Source: Candidatus Eiseniibacteriota bacterium (lineage in GTDB: Bacteria; Joyebacterota; Joyebacteria; Joyebacterales; Joyebacteraceae). From it: a stretch of DNA of 43,511 nt. The position numbers were made by a program, and so were the translations under genes. Where the stretch lies: assembly GCA_043819135.1 (NCBI GenBank), contig JBDRFG010000146.1:1-43511 (forward strand). The letters run 5' to 3'. This document shows, piece by piece, positions 10,066 to 17,592 of this stretch; position 1 is the stretch's first letter; every line of letters begins with the position of its first letter. The notes beneath the pieces are model-generated. The model was not told the origin of the DNA and made no database searches. It saw only the letters and a list, made by a program, of their open reading frames with translations.

Positions 10066-11252
10066 CGGTGGCGAGGGTAGGCACGATCCTCGTGGCGGCG
10101 GGCTCGTCTGAGCGAATCAGCGCCATCTTCCCCAAGCAGTTCCTGCCTCTGGGACCGGATCCCATGTTCTTCCTGGCGCTCGAGAGCGTCCTTCCGCACT
10201 CCGACGAGGTGGCGATAGTCACGCTGCCCGATTTCGTCAGTACCGTGAGGGTCATACTCCGCGCCGCGGGCGCCACACAGGACCTGACCTTCAGGGGCAC
10301 GCGGATCGTCCCCGTCGTTGGGGGCGAGAGGCGGCAGGACTCCGTCGAGCGCGGCCTCGCGGTTCTCTCCCCGGACATCGACGTCGTTCTGATACACGAC
10401 GCGGCGCGGCCGTTCGCGTCGCCCGAACTGACGGAACTCGTCATCGCGGCGGCCCTGGAACACGGAGCCGCGGTGCCGGTCATCGCCGTGCCCGACACGG
10501 TGAAGCGCGTGGACGGCGACACCGTGGTGGAGACGATGGACCGCCGCACGCTGGGCCTGGCTCAGACCCCTCAGGGATTCAGGCGGGAACTCATCGAGCG
10601 GGCCTACCGCGCCCTGGAGGGCGCGGACATCACCGACGACGCCCGGGCGGTCGAGCTTCTCGGCGAGACCGTGACCATCGTGCCGGGCGAGTCCGGCAAC
10701 TTCAAGGTGACGACGCCGGTCGACCTTCAGCTCGCGTCGGTGGTCGCCAACTGCAGGCGCGGCCTGGGACCCGGCTACCGCGCGGGAACGGGAAGCGACA
10801 CGCACCGGCTGGTTGAGGGAAGAGACCTCGTCCTCTGCGGCGTGACCGTTCCGTTCGGAAAGGGACTCGCCGGCCACTCCGACGCCGACGTCGCGACGCA
10901 CGCCGTCTGTGACGCGCTTCTTGGCGCCGTCGCGGAGGCGGACATAGGTGTCCATTTCCCGCCGGGCGATCCCGACTACAAGGACATCTCGAGCCTGATT
11001 CTACTGGAGAGGGTAGCGGAGATCGTGCGCGAGAAGCGATGCAGGGTCGTCAACGTCGACGTGACCATCGTGGCAGAGGCGCCGAAGCTCGCACCGCACG
11101 TGCCGGCGATGAGGCGCACGCTCGCGGATGTTCTCGGCCTGGAGGTCGAGGCCGTCTCGGTCAAGGCCACCACCACGGAGGGCATGGGTCCTGAGGGCGA
11201 GGGCCTGGCGATATCCAGCAATGCGGTGGCCGTGGTGACCGAGCGGCCATGA
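10062..11252 (+). CDS. ispDF: Bifunctional IspD/IspF (MEP pathway)
   Basis: IspD half: VAAG..ER, GGERRQDSV, IHDAARPF, QTPQGF, TDDA. IspF half: GSDTHRL, GHSDADV..HA..DA.LGA, DIG.HFP, KATTTE. Confidence 0.96.
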   Translation: MTVARVGTILVAAGSSERISAIFPKQFLPLGPDPMFFLALESVLPHSDEVAIVTLPDFVSTVRVILRAAGATQDLTFRGTRIVPVVGGERRQDSVERGLAVLSPDIDVVLIHDAARPFASPELTELVIAAALEHGAAVPVIAVPDTVKRVDGDTVVETMDRRTLGLAQTPQGFRRELIERAYRALEGADITDDARAVELLGETVTIVPGESGNFKVTTPVDLQLASVVANCRRGLGPGYRAGTGSDTHRLVEGRDLVLCGVTVPFGKGLAGHSDADVATHAVCDALLGAVAEADIGVHFPPGDPDYKDISSLILLERVAEIVREKRCRVVNVDVTIVAEAPKLAPHVPAMRRTLADVLGLEVEAVSVKATTTEGMGPEGEGLAISSNAVAVVTERP

Positions 11253-11265
11253 CGGAGCCGATGCG

Positions 11266-12333
11266 ATGAGCGACTGCCGCTGCGCACCGAGAGACGAACA
11301 GAGCCCGCGTTCGTGCGCCACGTGCGGAGAGGGCGCCGGCGATGCGAGCGCTGGCATCCTCCACACGACATCGTCGATCACCGCGTCCGACCACCTCGAT
11401 CACCTGCTGGCCCGCTGGGCCGTCAACAGGGGCGGGCACCGCGTCGAGCCCGGCCTCCACTTACTGGGCGTGCCGGGAAAGAACTCTCCCGTCTTCGTGA
11501 CCGCGAACTACACTCTGAGTTTCGATGCTCTGAGATCGGCTCTCGACGGCGCCGATGCGTACATCCTCGTGCTGGATACGGGTGGGATCAACGTGTGGTG
11601 CGCGGCGGGCAAGGGCACATTCGGGACCGACGAACTCGTCAACAGACTCGAGTCGACCGGGCTTGGCGAGATCGTCTCGCACCGGGAACTGGTGCTTCCG
11701 CAACTGGGCGCCACTGGAGTGTCGGCGCACGAGGTGAAGAGGCGCTCGGGGTTCTCCGTCACGTACGGACCCGTACGCTCAGCGGACCTCGCCGAGTTCA
11801 TGAGGACGGGCGCCGCAACGGAAGACATGCGGAGAGTTCGCTTCGGTCTCCGGGACCGGTTCGTGCTCGTCCCCGTCGAACTCGCGCACGTGCTCCTGCC
11901 GTGCGCGTTGGCCGCCGTCGCACTGTACTTCGCCGTCGGGCCGCTGGCGGCGTGGTCCGCCATCGTCTCGCTGCTGGCGGGGGCGGTGCTCTTCCCCGTG
12001 CTGCTGCCCTGGCTCCCGACCCCCAACCTAAGCACCAAGGGGCTTGTCCTGGGAGTGGTCACGGCGCTGCCTTTCGCCGCGGCCGCGTTCTCGGGCCACG
12101 TCGCGGATCCGCTCTGGGCGCGTGTCGGGTGGCCGCTCGTGTATCTTCTGGGAATGCCACAGGTCGTGTCGTTCCTCGCGCTCAACTTCACCGGCTCGAC
12201 GACCTTCACGTCGAGGACCGGCGTCAAGCGCGAGATCATGACCTACTTCCCGTTCATGGTGTGGATGTTCGGGGCCAGTCTCGCACTCCTGATCGTGCTG
12301 TCCGTGACCCGCTTCGTGGGAGGCTCCGGATGA
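11266..12333 (+). CDS. hgcA: Mercury methylation corrinoid protein HgcA
   Basis: Diagnostic cap-helix motif GINVWCAAGKGTF (NVWCAAGK at 11590-11613), VTANY.LSFD, LPQLGATGV, GPV...D, a multi-TM C-terminus with NFTGSTTFTS..GV..E, and a following ferredoxin. Confidence 0.97.
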   Translation: MSDCRCAPRDEQSPRSCATCGEGAGDASAGILHTTSSITASDHLDHLLARWAVNRGGHRVEPGLHLLGVPGKNSPVFVTANYTLSFDALRSALDGADAYILVLDTGGINVWCAAGKGTFGTDELVNRLESTGLGEIVSHRELVLPQLGATGVSAHEVKRRSGFSVTYGPVRSADLAEFMRTGAATEDMRRVRFGLRDRFVLVPVELAHVLLPCALAAVALYFAVGPLAAWSAIVSLLAGAVLFPVLLPWLPTPNLSTKGLVLGVVTALPFAAAAFSGHVADPLWARVGWPLVYLLGMPQVVSFLALNFTGSTTFTSRTGVKREIMTYFPFMVWMFGASLALLIVLSVTRFVGGSG

Positions 12334-12632
12334 GCGACGCGTACGCGACCAACACTCTGGAGTACGACGCCACGAAGTGCTCGGGCTGCGGCATGTGCAG
12401 CACGGTCTGTCCGCACGGAGTGTTCGCTCAGACAGGCAACGTCGCCGAACTCACTCACTACGAGCGGTGCATGGAATGCGGCGCTTGCAGCCTGAATTGC
12501 CCGACGGGCGCCATCGTGGTGGAGAGCGGCGTCGGCTGCGCGTCGGCGCTCATGCTCGCGGCCCTGCAAGGCAAGAGCGACGACGAGGCGTGCTGCGGTC
12601 CCAATGACGGCGGCGGCTCCTGCTGCGGCTGA
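12330..12632 (+). CDS. hgcB: Mercury methylation 2[4Fe-4S] ferredoxin HgcB
   Basis: 100 aa, ATGA overlap with the hgcA stop; CSGCGMCSTVCPH and CMECGACSLNCP cluster motifs, GVGCA, and C-terminal CC pairs (ACCG...SCCG). Confidence 0.96.
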   Translation: MSDAYATNTLEYDATKCSGCGMCSTVCPHGVFAQTGNVAELTHYERCMECGACSLNCPTGAIVVESGVGCASALMLAALQGKSDDEACCGPNDGGGSCCG

Positions 12633-12636
12633 GGCG

Positions 12637-12669
12637 GGCCGCGTCTGCGAGCGAGTTTGTGGCGCGGCC
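12637..12669 (+). other. GC-rich stem-loop directly after the hgcB UGA
   Basis: GGCCGCGTC (12637-45) pairs with GGCGCGGCC (12661-69) with one G-U; G-U-rich inner extension; no U-tract. Confidence 0.6.
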
Positions 12670-12771
12670 GATAGTCGAGGATATTCTTCGTCAGACCAGG
12701 GCTCGTGCAGCGGCCTTTCGCCGTCTCGGACAACCGATTCATGCGGGAAATCCCTCAGATAAGGAGTCCAC

Positions 12772-14592
12772 GTGGACGACAGGCGGGACAGAACACTGGT
12801 GCTCACATCGGCTCTTGTCGGGCTGGTCGTCTCGGTCGGACTCCTGCTTGCGGTACTGGACGTAAACGACCTTCCGCTCCTCTGTCGTGACTCGGCGGTC
12901 ATGTTCGCGGGTGCGCTTGTCGTGGTCGGGCTTCCGGCCGCGATCCTGTTCGCGACAGCGGGCGGCTGTCTGGGGCTGCTGCTGCGCCGCCGCGAGGCGT
13001 CCGCGGCCCTCGTCTCACTGGCGGTTCTTGCGCTGATGGTAGCGCTTGTCATAGCGCTCGCGATGAGAAGCGGAGCCGCTCTCTTCCTGAAGAGACACAT
13101 GCCCGTCGCGGTCCTTCTCATGGGGGCTGCGCTTTCCGCGCTTGGCGCCGCGCGCATCCGCCGGTCGCGAGTTCTGCTCTCGGGAGGGGCGGCGCTCGTT
13201 CTGGCCCTTGTCATCGCTTTCGGCGGAGGTGTTGCGCTCTCGAATCCCGAGTTGGCGGCGGATGAGGTTCCCCGCGCGGCCCCCGCACACGGAGGGAAGA
13301 TCCTGCTTCTCGGGGTCGACGGGATGTGCTGGGAGACCCTGAACAGGTGGGAGCCGCACGCGACGGCCGACTACGAATGGTTCCGGCAGCGCGGCTACAT
13401 CGGCCCGCTCGAGACCGTCTTTCCGCCGAAGTCGCCGAGGATCTGGTCCTCGATGGCGACCGGTGTGACGCCCGAGGACCACGGCGTGATCTCGTACACC
13501 TCCACGGTCATCACAGGCGTCAGGCGTCCGCTTCCTCAGGTGCCCCGCCTGGAGGGAGCGTTCCTGTGGTTGAGGGCTCTCGAGCGCTTCGGGCTCCTGC
13601 ACCGGCGTCCGGTCTCGAGCGCGGACCTCAGGCGCCCCGCGTTCTGGGAGATAATGACCGATCCCGCGCTGTCGTCCGACGTCATTGGCTGGTGGGCGAC
13701 GTGGCCGGCGACCCACCCGAACGGTCGCCTCGTCAGTGACAAGTTCTACTTCTGGCGAGACCAGAGGATGACGGGGGGCACGGCCGCACCGCCGTCCTCT
13801 CTCGTCTATCCGCCGGGGCTCGAGGCGCAGCTGTCGGAGCTACGCGTCTCACCGAACGACATGTCCGCCGACGAGGTGCTGGATCTGATCGACATCCCGC
13901 GCGAGGAGGCGGAGACGCTCTCCGGGCTGCCTTATCAGCATCACGAAGTGTTGAGCGAACTCCCGCTCGCGTTCACAATGGACGAGACGTACGCGGCCGT
14001 GACCGAGAGGTTCTTGACGGACCGGACCGGTTCGCGCATCACGGTGACCTACCTGAGAGGGGTGGACCTCTTGAGCCACGCCTCGATGCACTTCTCGAAT
14101 CTCTATCCCGAGTCCGGCGCCACCGACGGTGAGAGGGCCAGGTACGGCGAACTCATCACCAGGTACTACGGGCGTGTGTTCGCGCAGCTGCGGAAGTTCG
14201 TGGAGGCCGCCGGTGACGACGTTCTCGTGCTCGTGGTCTCGGACCACGGGTTCGAGCGGCTCAACGACAGGCTGTACGGCCATGAAGATACGCCTCCCGG
14301 CGTGATCATGGCGATCGGCGGAGGGGCGGGGGAGCTTACGGAGAGGCTCGACGCCACCGTCTACGACGTGGCGCCGACAATGCTGTGGCTCGCGGGGATG
14401 CCCGCCGCGGAGGACATGCCCGGGCGGCCGCTCGCGGAGCTCTTCCCGGAGATCGCCCGAACCGCGCCTCCATCGCCGCGCATCCGGACGTACGGTCCCA
14501 GGTCGATGGACGCATACGTCAGCTCCGGCGGGGGCGATGTCGCGGACGAGCGCATGCTGGAGCTCATGCGCAGCCTGGGGTACATTGACTGA
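12772..14592 (+). CDS. Membrane-anchored alkaline phosphatase superfamily (NPP/phosphodiesterase-like) protein
   Basis: About 5 N-terminal TM helices, then LLGVDG, PPKSPRIWSSMATG (Ser at nucleophile position), GVDLLSH, VSDHG, YDVAPTML and C-terminal MRSLGYID. Confidence 0.85.
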   Translation: MDDRRDRTLVLTSALVGLVVSVGLLLAVLDVNDLPLLCRDSAVMFAGALVVVGLPAAILFATAGGCLGLLLRRREASAALVSLAVLALMVALVIALAMRSGAALFLKRHMPVAVLLMGAALSALGAARIRRSRVLLSGGAALVLALVIAFGGGVALSNPELAADEVPRAAPAHGGKILLLGVDGMCWETLNRWEPHATADYEWFRQRGYIGPLETVFPPKSPRIWSSMATGVTPEDHGVISYTSTVITGVRRPLPQVPRLEGAFLWLRALERFGLLHRRPVSSADLRRPAFWEIMTDPALSSDVIGWWATWPATHPNGRLVSDKFYFWRDQRMTGGTAAPPSSLVYPPGLEAQLSELRVSPNDMSADEVLDLIDIPREEAETLSGLPYQHHEVLSELPLAFTMDETYAAVTERFLTDRTGSRITVTYLRGVDLLSHASMHFSNLYPESGATDGERARYGELITRYYGRVFAQLRKFVEAAGDDVLVLVVSDHGFERLNDRLYGHEDTPPGVIMAIGGGAGELTERLDATVYDVAPTMLWLAGMPAAEDMPGRPLAELFPEIARTAPPSPRIRTYGPRSMDAYVSSGGGDVADERMLELMRSLGYID

Positions 14593-14642
14593 CGCGGCGG
14601 ACCGGTTCGCCGCGTGATGAAACGACCACCGAGGAGTCGAAG

Positions 14643-16082
14643 ATGCCAAGTGGTGTCAGGGTGAGATTCGCGCCCAGCCCGACGGGCCACCTTCACGTCG
14701 GCGGCGCCAGGACCGCGCTCTTCAACTGGCTCTTCGCCAGGGGGGCGGGCGGGGAGTTCGTGCTGAGGGTCGAGGACACCGACCGCGCGCGTTCCACGGA
14801 TGAGTCCGAGCGCGCCGTGCTTGAGGATCTCAAGTGGCTCGGCCTGACGTGGGACGAGGGGCCCGGCGCCGACGGCGACCACGGGCCGTACCGTCAATCG
14901 GAGCGTCTCGAGATCTACCAGGCGCACGCGGAGCGGCTTCTCTCGCAGGGCAGGGCATTTCGGTGCTACTGCTCGGATGACGAACTAGAGGCCAGGCGGA
15001 AGGACGCGCTCGCCGCGGGCGGTGTCCCGCAGTACGACGGAACGTGTCGAGACCTGAACGACGAGCAGCGCGCGGCGCACGAGCGGGCCGGTCGAGAGCC
15101 CGTCGTCCGGATGCGCGGGCCCGTAAGTGACATCACGGTCTCCGATCTGGTGCGGGGCGACATCGAGTTCAAGAAGGAAATGCTGGGTGACTTCATCATC
15201 CTGAGAAGCGACGAGCGGCCCACCTACAACTTTGCTGTCGTGGTCGACGACGCACTCATGGCGATCACCCACGTCATACGCGCGGAGGAGCATCTTCCCA
15301 ACACCATGCGTCAGGTGTTGCTCTACGAGGCGCTCGGCTACCAGCTTCCCGTTTTCGCACACGTGTCGCTCATCGTGGACAAGGACCGCAGTAAGCTCTC
15401 AAAGCGACGGGGCGCGACCTCGATTGCCGAGTTCAGAGAGCAGGGGTACCTTCCAGGCGGGCTCATAAACTACCTGGCGCTCCTGGGCTGGTCTCCGCCC
15501 GACGGCGAGGAAGTGATGTCCCTCGCTGAGCTTACCGAGAAATTCGACCTGAGCCGCGTATCTACGAGCCCTGCTGCCTTCGATGAAGACAAGCTGGACT
15601 GGGTCAACGCCCACCACCTGAGAGAAGAACCGCTGGCGGACGTGGCCGTGCTCGCGATGCGCTTCGCCGAAACGCACGGGCTCTTCGAGCCGGACTTCGA
15701 GCGCTTCGAGGCGATGGTCGACCTGGCGCGCGAGGGGTTGTCGCGTCTGTGCGACCTTCCGGACGCGATATCGTTCTTCTTCGACGACCACCTCGAGACG
15801 GAGGATGACGCGCGGGAGTGGCTGTCCCGGGCCGACGCGAAGCAGCTGATGGCGTCGCTCGTCAAGCGGTTCGAGGAGAGCGACGACGAGATGGACGCGA
15901 GCCTGTTCAAGGCGGCGCTCAAGAGCGCCGGGAACGACGCGGGCGTGAAGGGGAAGGAGCTCTTCATGCCTGTGAGGTCCGCTCTGACGGGGCGCACCCA
16001 CGGTCCCGCGCTGGGAGAGGTGGCGGCCGTTCTCGGGCGGGAGCGCGTGATCGAGAGGTTGAAGCGAGCAGCGGGGGAATAG
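14643..16082 (+). CDS. gltX: Glutamate--tRNA ligase
   Basis: RFAPSPTGHLHVGG (HIGH), LRVEDTD, YRQSER, CYC, ITHVIRAEEH and KLSKR (KMSKS); anticodon-binding domain present. Confidence 0.97.
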   Translation: MPSGVRVRFAPSPTGHLHVGGARTALFNWLFARGAGGEFVLRVEDTDRARSTDESERAVLEDLKWLGLTWDEGPGADGDHGPYRQSERLEIYQAHAERLLSQGRAFRCYCSDDELEARRKDALAAGGVPQYDGTCRDLNDEQRAAHERAGREPVVRMRGPVSDITVSDLVRGDIEFKKEMLGDFIILRSDERPTYNFAVVVDDALMAITHVIRAEEHLPNTMRQVLLYEALGYQLPVFAHVSLIVDKDRSKLSKRRGATSIAEFREQGYLPGGLINYLALLGWSPPDGEEVMSLAELTEKFDLSRVSTSPAAFDEDKLDWVNAHHLREEPLADVAVLAMRFAETHGLFEPDFERFEAMVDLAREGLSRLCDLPDAISFFFDDHLETEDDAREWLSRADAKQLMASLVKRFEESDDEMDASLFKAALKSAGNDAGVKGKELFMPVRSALTGRTHGPALGEVAAVLGRERVIERLKRAAGE

Positions 16083-16150
16083 GGTCGAGCGGCCGGCGGG
16101 CCGGCAGGAGGCTCGACGGAGCGGCAGGCCGATCTTGAGGAGGAGCTGAC

Positions 16151-17203
16151 GTGCGGATAGCGGTTCTCTACGGCGGGACGTCCGCCGAACGCGATGTCTC
16201 GCTGGTGTCCGGGCGATCCGTGGGGTTCGCCCTGGCCGAGCGTGGTCACAACGTGCTCCTGGTCGACCCGGCGGAAGGGGATTCGCCGATCGGCGCGTGG
16301 GAGGCCGCCGCCGCGGCGGTCATCAACGCAGACCCGCCGGCCATCCGGCACGAGACGGGCAGCGCCATCGCCGCCGTTCAGGGTGAGGCCGTTCAGTCAG
16401 CGGACGTCGTGTTCATAATGCTCCACGGGGGGACCGGTGAGGACGGGACCGTGCAGGGGCTGCTCGAATTGGCGGGCAAGAAATACACGGGTTCGGGTGT
16501 GCTCGCGTCCGCGCTGGCGATGGACAAGCGCGCCTCCAAGGTGGTTCTGGAGGAAGTCTACGTCCCGACGCCCCAGTGGCGCGTGGTGACGTTCGAGAGG
16601 AAACTCCCGCCGGACGCCCGCGGAGGTTCACCGATGTTCCCGGCCGATGTTGAAATCGAGGAGGCCGCCGGAGCCGTGAACGAACTCGGGGGCTACCCCG
16701 TGGTCGTGAAACCGAATGACCAGGGGTCGACGGTCGGGCTGACGGTCGTGAAGGAGGAGCGGCAGCTGGTCCCCGCGATCAAACTGGCAGGCGAGTACTC
16801 GCCCCACGTGCTTCTCGAAACCTACATCCCCGGTCGGGAACTCACCGTGGCCGTGCTGGGAGGTGAAGCGCTTCCCGTCGTGGAGATAGCTCCGAAGAGC
16901 GGGCTCTACGACTACGAGAGCAAGTACGGCAAGAACATGAGCGTCTACACCTGCCCGGCGGAGATCCCCGCGCTCCTGACTGACCAGCTGAAGGCGAGCG
17001 CCCTCACAGCGTTCGCGGCGCTCGGCTGCCGCGGCTACGCGCGCATCGACTACCGGCTCTCGCCTGCCGGAAAGCCGTTCTGCCTCGAGGCCAACACGGT
17101 CCCCGGCATGACAGAGTTAAGCCTGGTGCCGATGGCGGCAGCAGCCGTCGGGATAACGTTCGGCGAACTGGTCGAGCGAATAGCGGAAAACGCCTTGAGA
17201 TAG
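16151..17203 (+). CDS. ddl: D-alanine--D-alanine ligase
   Basis: YGGTSAERDVSLVSG, LHGGTGEDGTVQG, SALAMDK, KP...GST.G, YDYESKY omega loop and EANTVPG. Confidence 0.96.
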   Translation: MRIAVLYGGTSAERDVSLVSGRSVGFALAERGHNVLLVDPAEGDSPIGAWEAAAAAVINADPPAIRHETGSAIAAVQGEAVQSADVVFIMLHGGTGEDGTVQGLLELAGKKYTGSGVLASALAMDKRASKVVLEEVYVPTPQWRVVTFERKLPPDARGGSPMFPADVEIEEAAGAVNELGGYPVVVKPNDQGSTVGLTVVKEERQLVPAIKLAGEYSPHVLLETYIPGRELTVAVLGGEALPVVEIAPKSGLYDYESKYGKNMSVYTCPAEIPALLTDQLKASALTAFAALGCRGYARIDYRLSPAGKPFCLEANTVPGMTELSLVPMAAAAVGITFGELVERIAENALR

Positions 17204-17212
17204 GAGATTCTC

Positions 17213-17228
17213 TGGCACAACTGATGCA
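17213..17228 (+). promoter_or_regulatory. Putative sigma54 (RpoN) -24/-12 promoter of the EPS/exosortase operon
   Basis: TGGCACAACTGATGCA has GG and GC exactly 10 nt apart and differs from TGGCAC-N5-TTGCW at one position. It faces the EPS operon. Confidence 0.65.
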
Positions 17229-17319
17229 CTCCTGCCCATCTCAGAAGCTGTAAAATGCGAGACTTGGGCAGGGCTTGTCTGGTGATCCGACGCGTGGATC
17301 ACCGCCCCACCAGTCTTGC

Positions 17320-17332
17320 TAATTCGTTGACA
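17320..17332 (-). promoter_or_regulatory. IHF-like binding site
   Basis: Reverse complement TGTCAACGAATTA matches WATCAANNNNTTR with one mismatch, within an AT-rich patch. Confidence 0.45.
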
Positions 17333-17374
17333 TAAAACATGTTAGGCCAAGGCCGTGCCTCGGACGCCCCGGGC

Positions 17375-17399
17375 AGGCTGTCGGGAATGGCAACAGTCT
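17375..17399. promoter_or_regulatory. Imperfect palindrome AGGCTGT-N11-ACAGTCT (enhancer/UAS-like)
   Basis: TGT at 17379-81 and ACA at 17393-95 with an 11-nt spacer; arms match 6/7. Resembles sites bound by Fis-type HTH enhancer-binding proteins. Confidence 0.4.
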
Positions 17400-17411
17400 C
17401 GACAAACCCTG

Positions 17412-17450
17412 TTGACCACGTTCCGGCCAGCTAGTAGCTTCTTGCTGGCC
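17412..17450 (+). promoter_or_regulatory. Sigma70-like promoter overlapped by an inverted repeat
   Basis: TTGACC (17412-17), 17-nt spacer, TAGCTT (17435-40). The GGCCAGC/GCTGGCC inverted repeat (17425-31 / 17444-50) brackets the -10 element. Confidence 0.4.
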
Positions 17451-17592
17451 TATCTTCCTCAGAATGTCGTCTGAGGGGGGTGAGAGCCGCAATATGCACA
17501 TTGGAAGGGGCGTGTTTGAGAGCCGGAGTGCCGTCGCGCGAGCGGTGTCCGCCGCGGCGGGGTGTGTACGCCGGATTCGGGGAGGTCGGCCC

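Noticed and set aside
11249..11269. Mini-ORF MTEPMR* overlapping both the ispDF stop and the hgcA start
   Set aside because: Six codons can arise by chance and hgcA has its own GGAG. It is in a different frame from hgcA, so it is not a Sec-containing extension.
11266..12333. Calling this gene acetyl-CoA synthase corrinoid subunit (CdhD/CdhE)
   Set aside because: The NVWCAAGK cap helix, TM C-terminus and adjacent CMECGAC ferredoxin identify HgcA.
11313..12632. 439-aa ORF suggesting a long or fused HgcB
   Set aside because: The first 339 codons are an off-frame read of hgcA; the ferredoxin begins at ATG 12330. hgcA and hgcB are separate genes.
16083..16150. tRNA or terminator after gltX
   Set aside because: Only a GC hairpin (GTCGAGC/GCTCGAC) is present, with no T-loop GTTCRA, cloverleaf or U-tract.
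16151..17203. Van-type D-Ala-D-Lac ligase
   Set aside because: The omega loop YDYESKY is the D-Ala-D-Ala type and there are no vanH/vanX neighbours.
17327..17355. Perfect TTGACA as a sigma70 -35 element
   Set aside because: No usable -10 hexamer lies 16-18 nt downstream; the site is better explained as part of the IHF-like motif.
17396..17455. c-di-GMP-I (GEMM) riboswitch in the EPS leader
   Set aside because: ACAAACC is only a superficial match; the GAAA tetraloop stem and the GACGCAAAGC segment are absent.
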